Of a stretch of 64,000 nt of DNA, positions 7,865-18,137 are shown in pieces. Position numbers and translations under genes: made by a program. How positions within the stretch are numbered: position 1 is the stretch's first letter; the number at the start of each line of letters is the position of its first letter. The notes under the pieces were generated by a model. The model was not told the DNA's origin. It did not search any database and was given only the letters and a program-made list of their open reading frames with translations. The stretch is from Bdellovibrio sp. (lineage in GTDB: Bacteria; Bdellovibrionota; Bdellovibrionia; Bdellovibrionales; Bdellovibrionaceae): NCBI GenBank assembly GCA_036676395.1, contig JAKFCY010000002.1, positions 1,120,001-1,184,000 on the forward strand, written 5' to 3'.

Positions 7865-10486
7865 ATGTCCGATGATATTGTAGTAAAAGGGGCTAGAGAG
7901 CATAACCTAAAAAATGTCTCTCTGACTATCCCACGAAATAAGATCACAGTTTTTACTGGGCTATCAGGTTCAGGAAAATCTTCATTAGCTTTTGATACGG
8001 TGTACGCTGAAGGCCAGCGCCGTTATGTCGAAAGTTTATCGGCTTACGCGCGAAACTTTTTAGAGCAATTAAAAAAACCAGAAGTTGATTCGATCACAGG
8101 TCTTTCACCCGCGATTGCCATTGATCAAAAATCAGTGGGCTTAAATCCACGTTCAACAGTTGGAACGATCACTGAAATTTATGATTACATGCGCCTGTTG
8201 TACGCCAAAGTGGGAACACCTTGTTGTCCGATTCATCATATTCCGGTCAGTTCACAAACCCCGCAAGCCATCGTGACCGAGATTATGAAAAAACCTCAGG
8301 GCACAAAATTTTATGTGTTAGCGCCAATGGCCCAGGGTAAAAAAGGTGAGTTCATGGCTGAATTCACGAAATGGCTTAAAAAAGGTTTTGTGAAAGCCAA
8401 AGTCGATGGCAAGTTTATCGATTTAGAAAAAGCCACGAAGCTTGCGAAAACCAAATCACATGATATCGATCTTGTGGTTGATCAATTAATTTTAAAAGAT
8501 TCTATCAAACCCCGCTTAAGTGAAAGTGTGAATACCGCAATTTCTTTAGCCGCTGGTAGATTAGTGATTGAAATCATTAAACCCAATGGTGAGAATGAAC
8601 GTCAAAGTTTTTCAATTCATTCAGCTTGTCCAGAATGCGGATTCAGTTTTCCTGAATTAGAGCCACGTTTATTTAGTTTTAATAACCCGCGCGGCGCTTG
8701 TGAATCTTGTCACGGCCTAGGTACATTGGATTTAGTCGAAGAAGAACAATTTTCTGATTCTGATGTTGGCGGTAAAAAACTTGAAGCTGTTAAATACACC
8801 TACAAAGGTAAAAAAGCTTCAGGCGAAGAAGATGACGAAGAAGAAGAAATGGTTCTATCGTCGTGCCCCAGTTGCAAAGGTTCGCGCTTAAAAGCTGAAG
8901 CTTTAAATGTTTTAATCAACGATAAAAACATCTCCCAGCTTTCAGACACTTCGATCACTGAGTTAAATCAGTTTTTCAAAAAAGCAAAATGGACAGATAA
9001 GCAAAAATTTATTGCCGAAAAAATCGTAAAACAAATTGCTGATCGCCTAAGTTATTTAGAACGTGTTGGAACTTCGTATTTAAGTTTGTCTCGTCCGGCC
9101 AGAACTCTATCGGGTGGTGAAGCGCAGCGTATTCGTTTAGCGACACAGGTAGGTTCGGCACTTATCGGCTGTATGTATATCATGGATGAGCCAAGCATTG
9201 GTTTACATCCGCGTGATCATCACAGATTACTAGAAATTATTGGTGAATTAAAAGATCGTGGTAACACGATCATCTTAGTTGAACATGATGAAGACACGAT
9301 TCGTTTTGCAGATTATGTTGTCGATCTTGGCCCTCGCGCCGGAAAACTTGGCGGAGAATTAATTGCCGAAGGTACGCCTGAACAGTTAATGAAAAATCCA
9401 AAATCAATCACTGGTCAATACTTGTCGGGTAAACGCCGAATTCCAGTTCCTAAAACGCGCCGTAAAGGTAATGGTTTATCCATTAAACTTTTAGGTGCTA
9501 CCGGCAACAACTTACAAAATGTAGATCTAGAAATTCCGTTAGGCACATACACCTGTGTGACGGGCGTATCTGGCAGCGGAAAATCAACATTGATCGTTGA
9601 TACGTTATATAAAATCTTAGCTAAAGAATTCTATAAAGCACATGCTGTTGCTTCGCCTTACAAATCAATCTCAGGTCTAGAGCACATTGATAAAGTGATC
9701 GACATCAATCAACGTCCGATTGGTCGCACGCCCAGATCAACACCTGCAACTTATGTAGGATTGCTGCCGATGATTCGCGATCTGTACGCGACACTTCCTG
9801 ATTCAAAACTTCGTGGTTTTGAACCCGGCCGCTTTAGTTTTAACGTTAAAGGTGGCCGATGCGAAACCTGCATGGGCCACGGGCAGATCCGTATGGAAAT
9901 GCACTTTTTATCAGACGTGTTTGTGTTATGCGATACCTGTCAGGGAAAACGCTATAACCGCGAAACGTTGCAGATTAAATATAAAGAAAAAAATATCGCC
10001 GACGTTCTCGCAATGAATGTTGAAGAGGCCTGCGAGTTTTTTAAAAACCATTCGCAAATTTATCGTAAATTAGAAACACTTCATAAAGTGGGCCTTGATT
10101 ATATGACCTTAGGTCAATCTTCAACGACACTTTCTGGCGGCGAAGCCCAGCGCGTGAAATTATCAAAAGAGCTTTCACGTCGTGGTACGGGTAAAACCTT
10201 GTATATCCTTGATGAACCTACAACCGGGCTTCATTTTGATGATATCAGAAAATTAATTGAATTAATGCAAGAACTCACAGAGCAAGGAAACACAGTTCTC
10301 GTGATCGAGCATAATTTAGAAGTGATGAAATGCGCAGATCATATTATTGATCTAGGCCCAGACGGAGGAATTTACGGCGGAGAAATCGTCGTCAAAGGTA
10401 CGCCTGAAGCCGTTGCCAAATCAGCACGAAGTGAAACAGCAAAATTTTTGAAACCGCTACTAGAAAAGGAAAAGCAGCATGTTTAA
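7865..10486 (+). CDS. uvrA: Excinuclease ABC subunit A
   Basis: GAREHNLKN, GLSGSGKSS, two LSGGEAQR signatures, GVSGSGKST, zinc-binding CxxC pairs. Confidence 0.97.
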   Translation: MSDDIVVKGAREHNLKNVSLTIPRNKITVFTGLSGSGKSSLAFDTVYAEGQRRYVESLSAYARNFLEQLKKPEVDSITGLSPAIAIDQKSVGLNPRSTVGTITEIYDYMRLLYAKVGTPCCPIHHIPVSSQTPQAIVTEIMKKPQGTKFYVLAPMAQGKKGEFMAEFTKWLKKGFVKAKVDGKFIDLEKATKLAKTKSHDIDLVVDQLILKDSIKPRLSESVNTAISLAAGRLVIEIIKPNGENERQSFSIHSACPECGFSFPELEPRLFSFNNPRGACESCHGLGTLDLVEEEQFSDSDVGGKKLEAVKYTYKGKKASGEEDDEEEEMVLSSCPSCKGSRLKAEALNVLINDKNISQLSDTSITELNQFFKKAKWTDKQKFIAEKIVKQIADRLSYLERVGTSYLSLSRPARTLSGGEAQRIRLATQVGSALIGCMYIMDEPSIGLHPRDHHRLLEIIGELKDRGNTIILVEHDEDTIRFADYVVDLGPRAGKLGGELIAEGTPEQLMKNPKSITGQYLSGKRRIPVPKTRRKGNGLSIKLLGATGNNLQNVDLEIPLGTYTCVTGVSGSGKSTLIVDTLYKILAKEFYKAHAVASPYKSISGLEHIDKVIDINQRPIGRTPRSTPATYVGLLPMIRDLYATLPDSKLRGFEPGRFSFNVKGGRCETCMGHGQIRMEMHFLSDVFVLCDTCQGKRYNRETLQIKYKEKNIADVLAMNVEEACEFFKNHSQIYRKLETLHKVGLDYMTLGQSSTTLSGGEAQRVKLSKELSRRGTGKTLYILDEPTTGLHFDDIRKLIELMQELTEQGNTVLVIEHNLEVMKCADHIIDLGPDGGIYGGEIVVKGTPEAVAKSARSETAKFLKPLLEKEKQHV

Positions 10487-11531
10487 GTACATAAGAGGAT
10501 CGTTAATTATAGCCGCTATTGGTTTAGCCTTAGCCATGGGCTTTGAATGGTACCAAACCGGTTCAACATCTCACGTTTTACAGGCGGGGTTAACCGCACT
10601 GATTTTAGCGGTCTTAGAGATTTCATTGTCATTTGATAATGCCGTGGTCAATGCCACAGTGATTAAAAAAATGGATGCCGTTTGGAAACGTCGGTTCTTA
10701 ACTTGGGGTATTTTAATCGCCGTATTCGGCATGCGTTTAATTTTCCCGTTAGCGATCGTTGGTATTATTGCCCACATTAATCCGTGGGAGGCGTTAATGT
10801 TGTCATTAAATAATCCAGCTAAATATGCCGAGATCATGACTTCAGTGCATCTAACTGTATCAGCCTTCGGTGGAATGTTCTTATACATGGTGTTCCTACA
10901 CTTTTTCATGAACGAAGATAAAGAAGATCACTGGATTCATGTCATCGAAAAACCTTTAGTGCTAGTTTCTCAGTACAAGGGTGTCGAGATCATCGTGGCA
11001 CTAGTGACATTACTATCAATCACAAGCTTGATGGCCGGCCCAGATCAAATTCGTTTTTTAATTCCAGGTCTATGGGGGATGATCACGTACTTAATCGTGC
11101 ACAGTTTCTCTGATTTCTTAGAAAGTATGGAATTAACTCGTGATGCGAATCTAATGGCTAAAAAAACAATGATGTCTGCAGGTTTTGGTATGTTCATGTA
11201 CCTTGAAGTCTTAGATGCCTCATTCAGTTTTGACGGTGTTATCGGTGCTTTTGCGATCACACAAAATTTAATTCAAATCATGATCGGTCTAAGCATCGGT
11301 GCTTTTTTTGTACGTAGCTTAACTTTATACTTAGTTGAAAAAGACACTCTGGCGCAGATTCGCTTTTTAGAGCATGGGGCCTTTTATGCCTTAGGTGCTT
11401 TATCACTGTTTATGTTATTAGGTTATTTCTTTCATGTTCCCGAATGGTTAACAGGTCTTTCAGGTGCTGTGATCTTAGGATTGAGTATTCTGTGGTCGTT
11501 CTATGAAGACCGTAAGCGCCGAAATACTTAA
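10479..11531 (+). CDS. DUF475 / TerC-like integral membrane protein
   Basis: LEISLSFDNAVVNA, FLTWGILIAVFGMR, YLEVLDASFSFDGVIGAFA, LEHGAFYA. Confidence 0.88.
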   Translation: MFKYIRGSLIIAAIGLALAMGFEWYQTGSTSHVLQAGLTALILAVLEISLSFDNAVVNATVIKKMDAVWKRRFLTWGILIAVFGMRLIFPLAIVGIIAHINPWEALMLSLNNPAKYAEIMTSVHLTVSAFGGMFLYMVFLHFFMNEDKEDHWIHVIEKPLVLVSQYKGVEIIVALVTLLSITSLMAGPDQIRFLIPGLWGMITYLIVHSFSDFLESMELTRDANLMAKKTMMSAGFGMFMYLEVLDASFSFDGVIGAFAITQNLIQIMIGLSIGAFFVRSLTLYLVEKDTLAQIRFLEHGAFYALGALSLFMLLGYFFHVPEWLTGLSGAVILGLSILWSFYEDRKRRNT

Positions 11532-12401
11532 GATAATAATGGCTCCGACCAATTGGATCGGAGTCAGTTTTTCGCCCAATAAAGCCGAAGCAAATAAAAA
11601 CGAGTAGGGCGCCTCTAATAAACACAGCATACTGGCCGTGGTTGTTGATAAAACTTTTTGCGCCCGCACTTGCAAGTAAAACGCACCCAATGTCACTAAA
11701 ATCGCAAGCCCTACAACTGAAGAGATCGACCAATAAGTCGTGATATTTGGAGTTAGTGGAATTTCTTTAGCCGAAACATCATAAATTAAAAATGGCACTA
11801 AGAACATCAAGGCCCAAAATGTTTGTGCGGTATTAAAGCGAAAACCGCTTTTCATTTTTTTTGCAGCACTGGCTACAGCCATAATATGAATCGCTGAAGT
11901 TACAGCAACCATCAACGTGAAAATGTCTCCGCTGTGCATACGAAAGCCATTGGTCGGAAGATCTAATAATAAACCCATTCCTAAAAAGGCCACAAAACTT
12001 AAAGCAAAGTGGTACCAATGCACTTTAGATTTCAACACAAAATAATTCGCAAACGGAATCAACACCACATAAAGCGAAGTGATAAAGCTAGAATTTGTCG
12101 CTGTCGTTGTTTGTAAACCAATCGTTTGAAAAATTAATGAAAGCCCCAGGCCCAGACCTGCAATCAAACTAATTTTATAATCAGAGTGAGTTTTTTTAAA
12201 ACCTTCGCGATCAAAAATAAAATAAAAAGACTCTGCTAAAATGATCGCAAAAACAAAACGCCAAAAAACCAATGTCGTCGGACTAAAATCAACTAGCGCC
12301 CATTTTACAAAAGTAAACGAAATCCCCCATAACATTCCCGCGAAGAACAATTCTAAGACGGCGCGGTGATAGGTGGGGATAGACGCTAAGGCTTTTCTCA
12401 C
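11475..12401 (-). CDS. DMT/EamA-family transporter
   Basis: About ten hydrophobic segments, LWGISF, GLQTTTATNSSFITSLYV, LLGEKLT. Confidence 0.85.
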   Translation of the reverse strand: MRKALASIPTYHRAVLELFFAGMLWGISFTFVKWALVDFSPTTLVFWRFVFAIILAESFYFIFDREGFKKTHSDYKISLIAGLGLGLSLIFQTIGLQTTTATNSSFITSLYVVLIPFANYFVLKSKVHWYHFALSFVAFLGMGLLLDLPTNGFRMHSGDIFTLMVAVTSAIHIMAVASAAKKMKSGFRFNTAQTFWALMFLVPFLIYDVSAKEIPLTPNITTYWSISSVVGLAILVTLGAFYLQVRAQKVLSTTTASMLCLLEAPYSFLFASALLGEKLTPIQLVGAIIILSISALTVFIERPQNTQS

Positions 12402-13132
12402 TAATCAAACGCCTCGGCCCAGAAGCGAGTTTTATCAAAACCATCAATTTCAAGAACTTGATGTTTCACATCTTTAATCATGGCGCCATTGCCGCAAAGA
12501 TAGAAAGTCGTCGGCGTATTTTTGTAATCAATTTCTGGCAAGAAATTTTGAATGTAGCCTTTTTTGCCAGTCCATTTATCTGTCGGACGGCTAAGAACGT
12601 AATGGTATTCAAAATTTGGAAGTTTAGCTTTTAAAGCTTCTAATTCCTCGCGGTAATAAATGTCTTCTTCATAACGTAGGCCGAAATAAAGTTTGTATTT
12701 TAATTCAGGATACTGCGCCATTTTAGATTCAAGATAGCTATAGTGCTGCGAGATACCGCTGCCGGTATTTAAAAATACGATTTGTTCTGTTGGCGGCTCT
12801 TGAAAGAACACTTTACCAAAGGGCCCTGTGAAGTTAACGATCTCATCACCTTTTAAACCCCAAACATATTTTGAAGCTACGCCGTTATCGACGAATTTAA
12901 AGATTAAGCGAAATTTTTGTAAATCATGTTCAGTGGTAGCAATTGAATAAGCACGAAGTGCGGCCTTCATTGGTTGGCCTTGCTCATCAGTTTGGGGCAC
13001 ATGTAACATTACGAATTGGCCAGCTCTGAACTTAAATTCAGGGTGGCTAATGATTTGTAAATCCAGTTCGCGGATTTGTTTGGTGTGATCAGTGATTTTA
13101 TTGATTTTGTAATTATAAATAATACGGCTCAT
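12401..13132 (-). CDS. FAD/NAD(P)-binding oxidoreductase (ferredoxin-NADP reductase family)
   Basis: FRAGQF, RAYSIA, GVAS, GPFG, TGSGI, FYLCG, C-terminal EAF. Confidence 0.85.
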   Translation of the reverse strand: MSRIIYNYKINKITDHTKQIRELDLQIISHPEFKFRAGQFVMLHVPQTDEQGQPMKAALRAYSIATTEHDLQKFRLIFKFVDNGVASKYVWGLKGDEIVNFTGPFGKVFFQEPPTEQIVFLNTGSGISQHYSYLESKMAQYPELKYKLYFGLRYEEDIYYREELEALKAKLPNFEYHYVLSRPTDKWTGKKGYIQNFLPEIDYKNTPTTFYLCGNGAMIKDVKHQVLEIDGFDKTRFWAEAFD

Positions 13133-13243
13133 AGCCCGTATATTCGTTATTAGCGCCTAAATTGTCAAAGTAAACCTAAATAATTTTCAAGCTGAAGCTT
13201 AGCCCTTGAATGAGCAAATCCCTCGGCGGTAAAACCCTAGCAG

Positions 13244-14578
13244 ATGTTTAAAAAACCACTTCTATTAAGCTTAGTATTCGTGATCTTTGGCCTTGGCTGT
13301 ACACCGAGCTCTAATACATCTAATGTCGGTATCGCGGTTTATACGCCTAAAAAAGAAGACCTGATTCAAGCAAAGCCTGCAGCTCCAGCAACTCGTACGC
13401 TACTTTATAAAAATGATCCAACTGTAAGCTATTGCGAATCTTCGCTGGATGGTACACAGAATTACAGTGGCTACCGTGATACAAAGCTTTATCCATCAGC
13501 CTCTGTATCTAAAGTGTTTTTAACGGCCTTTGCCTTAAGTAAGCTTGGAACAGATTATAAATTTATCCATGAATGGCGTGTGCGTAAGAATGCCAATGGC
13601 ACTTACGATGCCTATTTAAATTCAAACTTTGATCCGGTATTTAATATCGAAAAAGTTCTTTATACAATGTCGCACTTAAAACGTTATGGTGTAACTCAAA
13701 TCAGAAACTTATATATCGCTAAATCAACACGCGTATATTTATCAGTACTAAATAACCCACATATCGAACTTGATTCTGTGCCTGTCAGTCTGAATCAATC
13801 TATTGATAACCTGAAATTAATCTTTAATTCGAATAACTGGGGTTCACAAACCGAGCTAGCCCGTAAAAATGTTGTTGAGCACTTTGAGCTTCAAGGTAAA
13901 ACCATTGATTTGCCATCTTCATATTCAGTGCAAAACGTAGTTTTGGATAATGATGGCCAAGCGGCAACCAGTTTTGCCAATGCGACAGCTATAAACATTC
14001 AATCAACGTCGTTATTTCGCTATTTAAAAGAGATTAATTTAAATTCGAATAATTATATGTCTGATGCACTCTTTACCTTATTGGGCGCAGAAGCGGGCTT
14101 TCGCCAATTTCAAAAGGATAAACTGGGTTTAGGGTTAGACTCTTTAATTATGAAAACAGGATCTGGGCTTCCGGTTGAAATCAATGGTGACCGTGTTGAT
14201 AATAAAGCCTCTTGTTTTTCGATTTTAAAAGTCATGCACTTTGTTAAGCTGATCGCTGATCAAGCTAATTTAGATTTAGGTTATATTCTGTTAACGGCAG
14301 GTCTGGATCGCGGAACGTATGAGACTGATTTAGTGATTAATAAATCAGTGGTGTTAAAGACGGGCCGTTTATATGATGTTCCCACATTAAATTTAGCAGG
14401 TATTGTGTCGACACAAAAAGGCCTGATGGTGTTTGGATTCTTAGGTCATGATTTTTCTAATGAAGACGAAAAAGATATGATTGATAAACGCGATCACCTT
14501 TTACAAGACCTTTTAAACTTCTATAAAGAAAAACCACTGTTTAAAACTCTGTCTCAAAATGATATTTTCTTTCTTTAA
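13244..14578 (+). CDS. Peptidase S13 / DacB (PBP4)-like DD-peptidase, probable lipoprotein
   Basis: SVSK (SxxK), SNN (SxN), GSGL, KTG; lipobox-like LGC. Confidence 0.8.
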   Translation: MFKKPLLLSLVFVIFGLGCTPSSNTSNVGIAVYTPKKEDLIQAKPAAPATRTLLYKNDPTVSYCESSLDGTQNYSGYRDTKLYPSASVSKVFLTAFALSKLGTDYKFIHEWRVRKNANGTYDAYLNSNFDPVFNIEKVLYTMSHLKRYGVTQIRNLYIAKSTRVYLSVLNNPHIELDSVPVSLNQSIDNLKLIFNSNNWGSQTELARKNVVEHFELQGKTIDLPSSYSVQNVVLDNDGQAATSFANATAINIQSTSLFRYLKEINLNSNNYMSDALFTLLGAEAGFRQFQKDKLGLGLDSLIMKTGSGLPVEINGDRVDNKASCFSILKVMHFVKLIADQANLDLGYILLTAGLDRGTYETDLVINKSVVLKTGRLYDVPTLNLAGIVSTQKGLMVFGFLGHDFSNEDEKDMIDKRDHLLQDLLNFYKEKPLFKTLSQNDIFFL

Positions 14579-14603
14579 TTAAATCTCACTCTGAAACACT
14601 AAG

Positions 14604-14620
14604 TTGGCCCCTCGTTAGCT
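14604..14620 (+). promoter_or_regulatory. Sigma54-type -24/-12 promoter
   Basis: TTGGCCCCTCGTTAGCT: GG-N10-GC spacing, 25 nt before ATG 14646. Confidence 0.6.
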
Positions 14621-14645
14621 CTATATAAAGTTATCGAGGTGAACC

Positions 14646-17600
14646 ATGAATTTCAAAATTCAAACTGCATTAGCCGTGTTTTTAATCGCAACAACTACTT
14701 TCGCCCACGAAGGTATTGTTCGTATCCCACTAAAAACATTCATGAAACCAGCCGGAAACTTAGTATCACAAAATGGTAAAAAACTAAGTTATGCAGATGT
14801 GGCAAAATTAAATGACTCACGCGTCGACTTGTCTAAGCTTCAGCCAGTTGAAGACAAATACTGGCAGAACAAAAAATACTCGGCGATTGATACTCAAGTT
14901 CATGCTGAGATGCCTCAAGCTGAGACGGGCGTTACGATTGACTCTTATTTAGGAGCGAATCGCGAATTAGGTTTTTATACTATTATTGTAAAGCCATCGA
15001 GCGGTAAATCAGAGCGTTACGGTTTAACTTTAGGTCTGCAAGTTCATGCTTCATTATTAAAGTCTGCTTTGTTACGTAAATTAGGTTACTTTCAACATTC
15101 GCCAAAACATTACGACAAGATCAAATTAAACTTCGCGAACAAAGAAGAAAAAGAATTGTTCGTAAAACGTGCGTTCTGTGAACAAGGCCCGGATGCAGTT
15201 TCTATCGATTGTTTATCTATTGCTCCATTTAAAACTGAAACAGACAAGCGTGAATTTTTATCTGAAGCGGGTGCTACATCTTTATATGTACACGGTGCTT
15301 ATTTAGAAAAAATGGATAGCGAAATTCCAAGTTTATTTGATGGTTTAACTCCGGCCAATGTAGATTCAATCCCATACTTTGCGACTGATCGCCAATTTCG
15401 TGCGCTTTTAGTTCCATTTGTTATCGGTGATGTTCAAGAATCATTAGGCCGAGTGGCTCCAGAATCAGTTTTAGTTCGTGATGGTTACGCTTATATCAAC
15501 TTTGCTTTCAGTGATTATTTTTCTCAAACCAGTGGCGATGATGTGAAGTGGATGTTACGTCGCGTGGCTTTATTAACAGATAAAGACTGGGATGAAATCG
15601 TTGAAGCCGGTCATTATCCGCAAAGCTTAAATCAATTAGCAAAAGCTGCGATTATGTCTAGAGCCAAAAACATGATGCACTGGTTTTTTGACCACGAAGG
15701 CAAAGACATGATGCAGGCTCGTATTCCTGATTTTAAATACACATCGGCTGATGGTCTAGTTGTTGATGGTCGTATTACCCAAGAATATATTCCAGGTGAG
15801 CCACACCGTTTTACTCACGGTGAGCGCCAATCGCCATTTGAGCGTGGTGATTTTTTAAGATACATGGTGATTAAATCACAGTCTTCAGCCATTGGTTTAG
15901 CGATCACTAAGCTTTCTGAAAAATTAGATTTAGAAAAAAAAGAAATTACATCTACAAAAATGAACGGCTACAGAGTTCGTCCAGATGGCAAGCTTGCGCC
16001 TGTTGGTTATGCTGATGGCCGCCAGTTCGGCATTAACTTCGGTGCTTCTCGTATCGTGACGACCGGAACATACTACGGTTCACAAGCTGCCGTTCAATTA
16101 GTCGATAACGTTCGTCTAAGTGCTGGCCTTGGATTTTTTCGTATGATCGAAGACTTCAGCGGTATTAGTTCAATGTTTGGTGGTAACGTAAGTTATAATC
16201 GTGATTTCACTCACGTTGTGCCGTTACAAACAATGAAAGAAACTAAAGAGATCGACTGGAAAGATCTTTATGTTCCTTCGCGTTTAGCTAAAATTGCATC
16301 ACCGTTAAAAGACGGTAAACTTGCTGAGTTTTTTCAAAACTTTAAAAATGGCGAAGTTTTCACAATCACTGAATCTGTCGGTGCCGGTGGATCAGTTGGT
16401 TATATGTACGCTTTAGATGCTTTAATCGGTTTTACTGCGCAAACAGTTCCAAGTATTGGTTTATCTGGCGGAGCAAATGCGGTTTTATTACGTCAAACGC
16501 AAATCACTAAAACTGAAGCTGGCTTTCAGGTGTTTATCCGTAACCAAAACACAAAAGCTTTTCAAGTTACGTTTGATGTGAATTACTTCATTAACTTATT
16601 AAAAGTAAAACATGAATCAACATTTACTGATCTTCACACAGATGCATATATCTTAAATGCAAACACTGACTTCATCACGCAAGTCGATGCAGCTATTGAA
16701 GAAGTTAAAAAAGAAGCTCTAGATAGTAAAGAAGACCCTGTTGTAGCTGTTGAAGCTTATTTTGCTGACAATGAAGAGTTAGCAAAACGTTATAAATCAC
16801 AAAAAGGTTTTGCTGATAAAATGTCTGGTGCTTTACGAGCCCTTATTTTTCAATCTAGCACAGATCAATTAGAAACAAACTTTAGAAAACAAGTTTTTCA
16901 AATTGACCATGATATCAATACCAAAGAATTAAAAACTAAGTTCTTATGGTGGAGAAAATCAAAACTTACAGAAGAGCACTTATTAAAAATCTATAAACCA
17001 GAAGTAACAGCTGTTGATTCTGGCGAAGTCGAAAATAAGCCGATCGAAGTTGTAACTTATCGTAAAGGTAAACTTACAGGTAAAGACGTTTTAGGTTTTG
17101 GCTTAAACGTTCTTGATTACGGTATTAAAAAATTAAGTCCAGAATATGCTCCGATGTTATCGCAAGATGCGCAAAATCCATCGCAAATGCCTTTTGGTAA
17201 AGCGCAATGGCATATCGTTCGTACTGATACTGAATTAACTAAACGTCAGGGTTCTTTGCCGACTGTTGCTGTTCTGCAAAACGTGTGGGGTGGTTGGTCA
17301 TTAAAGAAAAAAGACCTTGATAAGATTCTTGCTGCCTTACGTGCGAAATTCAACACGTCAGAATTTGTTGGCACTGAATTTCAAACAAAAGAATTAATTC
17401 CTGATGCTCGTTTTCAACAAGTTAAAAAGATCGATTTCTTCCGTATTACAGAAAATCTATCTTTGCTTCCGACAGCTATTGATAAAATCAAAGCGATGTT
17501 AATTACTCCGGATATTACCGGAATTAAATTAGACAAGGCCAGCTTCATCACTAGGCTTTTTAAAAAGGTTAATGAAGATGGAACTTCGAAAAGTGCGCGT

Positions 17601-18137
17601 GCAGAAGATAAAGCCATATTTAAAAACTTAATGACAGTGATCGGCGGCGGCAATGAATCGGCAGGTTACGCTCATTACATGGAACAATGTAAAGCTAAAA
17701 AAGAAGACGCTGCATACGCAGGTAATGGCAAGGGTGGTGGTCATGCCCCCACAAATACAACAGCCTGGTTAAAAGGCTCTAAGTATGAATGTTTAGAAGA
17801 CTGGGTTGATGATATCATCATGTTAGCGCGTGAATACGTGAAAAGTGATGCGCGTGAACAAAACCGCTTAATGACCGAACTCATCTATGTTTTAGAAGAA
17901 AACATTCCATTGCCAGTGTTATTAAAAGTATTAGGTAAAGAAAATTACTTATACTTCGTAGAAATCACGGGTTTCAGAAAAGGTGACGAAAATGCTGATG
18001 AGGCGTTCTCGGTATCTAACGTATTAGGTGAGCCTGCGAAAAAACATCCTTACTCTAATGGTTTAATCAGTATCTTTGCAGAAAAAACAAAAATTATTCC
18101 TATTGAACTAGATCGTTCTCAAGGGAGCTTCCAATGA
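14646..18137 (+). CDS. Large secreted hypothetical protein
   Basis: 1163-aa ORF, GAGG RBS, Sec signal peptide (TTTFA-H); stop overlaps next start (ATGA). Confidence 0.75.
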   Translation: MNFKIQTALAVFLIATTTFAHEGIVRIPLKTFMKPAGNLVSQNGKKLSYADVAKLNDSRVDLSKLQPVEDKYWQNKKYSAIDTQVHAEMPQAETGVTIDSYLGANRELGFYTIIVKPSSGKSERYGLTLGLQVHASLLKSALLRKLGYFQHSPKHYDKIKLNFANKEEKELFVKRAFCEQGPDAVSIDCLSIAPFKTETDKREFLSEAGATSLYVHGAYLEKMDSEIPSLFDGLTPANVDSIPYFATDRQFRALLVPFVIGDVQESLGRVAPESVLVRDGYAYINFAFSDYFSQTSGDDVKWMLRRVALLTDKDWDEIVEAGHYPQSLNQLAKAAIMSRAKNMMHWFFDHEGKDMMQARIPDFKYTSADGLVVDGRITQEYIPGEPHRFTHGERQSPFERGDFLRYMVIKSQSSAIGLAITKLSEKLDLEKKEITSTKMNGYRVRPDGKLAPVGYADGRQFGINFGASRIVTTGTYYGSQAAVQLVDNVRLSAGLGFFRMIEDFSGISSMFGGNVSYNRDFTHVVPLQTMKETKEIDWKDLYVPSRLAKIASPLKDGKLAEFFQNFKNGEVFTITESVGAGGSVGYMYALDALIGFTAQTVPSIGLSGGANAVLLRQTQITKTEAGFQVFIRNQNTKAFQVTFDVNYFINLLKVKHESTFTDLHTDAYILNANTDFITQVDAAIEEVKKEALDSKEDPVVAVEAYFADNEELAKRYKSQKGFADKMSGALRALIFQSSTDQLETNFRKQVFQIDHDINTKELKTKFLWWRKSKLTEEHLLKIYKPEVTAVDSGEVENKPIEVVTYRKGKLTGKDVLGFGLNVLDYGIKKLSPEYAPMLSQDAQNPSQMPFGKAQWHIVRTDTELTKRQGSLPTVAVLQNVWGGWSLKKKDLDKILAALRAKFNTSEFVGTEFQTKELIPDARFQQVKKIDFFRITENLSLLPTAIDKIKAMLITPDITGIKLDKASFITRLFKKVNEDGTSKSARAEDKAIFKNLMTVIGGGNESAGYAHYMEQCKAKKEDAAYAGNGKGGGHAPTNTTAWLKGSKYECLEDWVDDIIMLAREYVKSDAREQNRLMTELIYVLEENIPLPVLLKVLGKENYLYFVEITGFRKGDENADEAFSVSNVLGEPAKKHPYSNGLISIFAEKTKIIPIELDRSQGSFQ

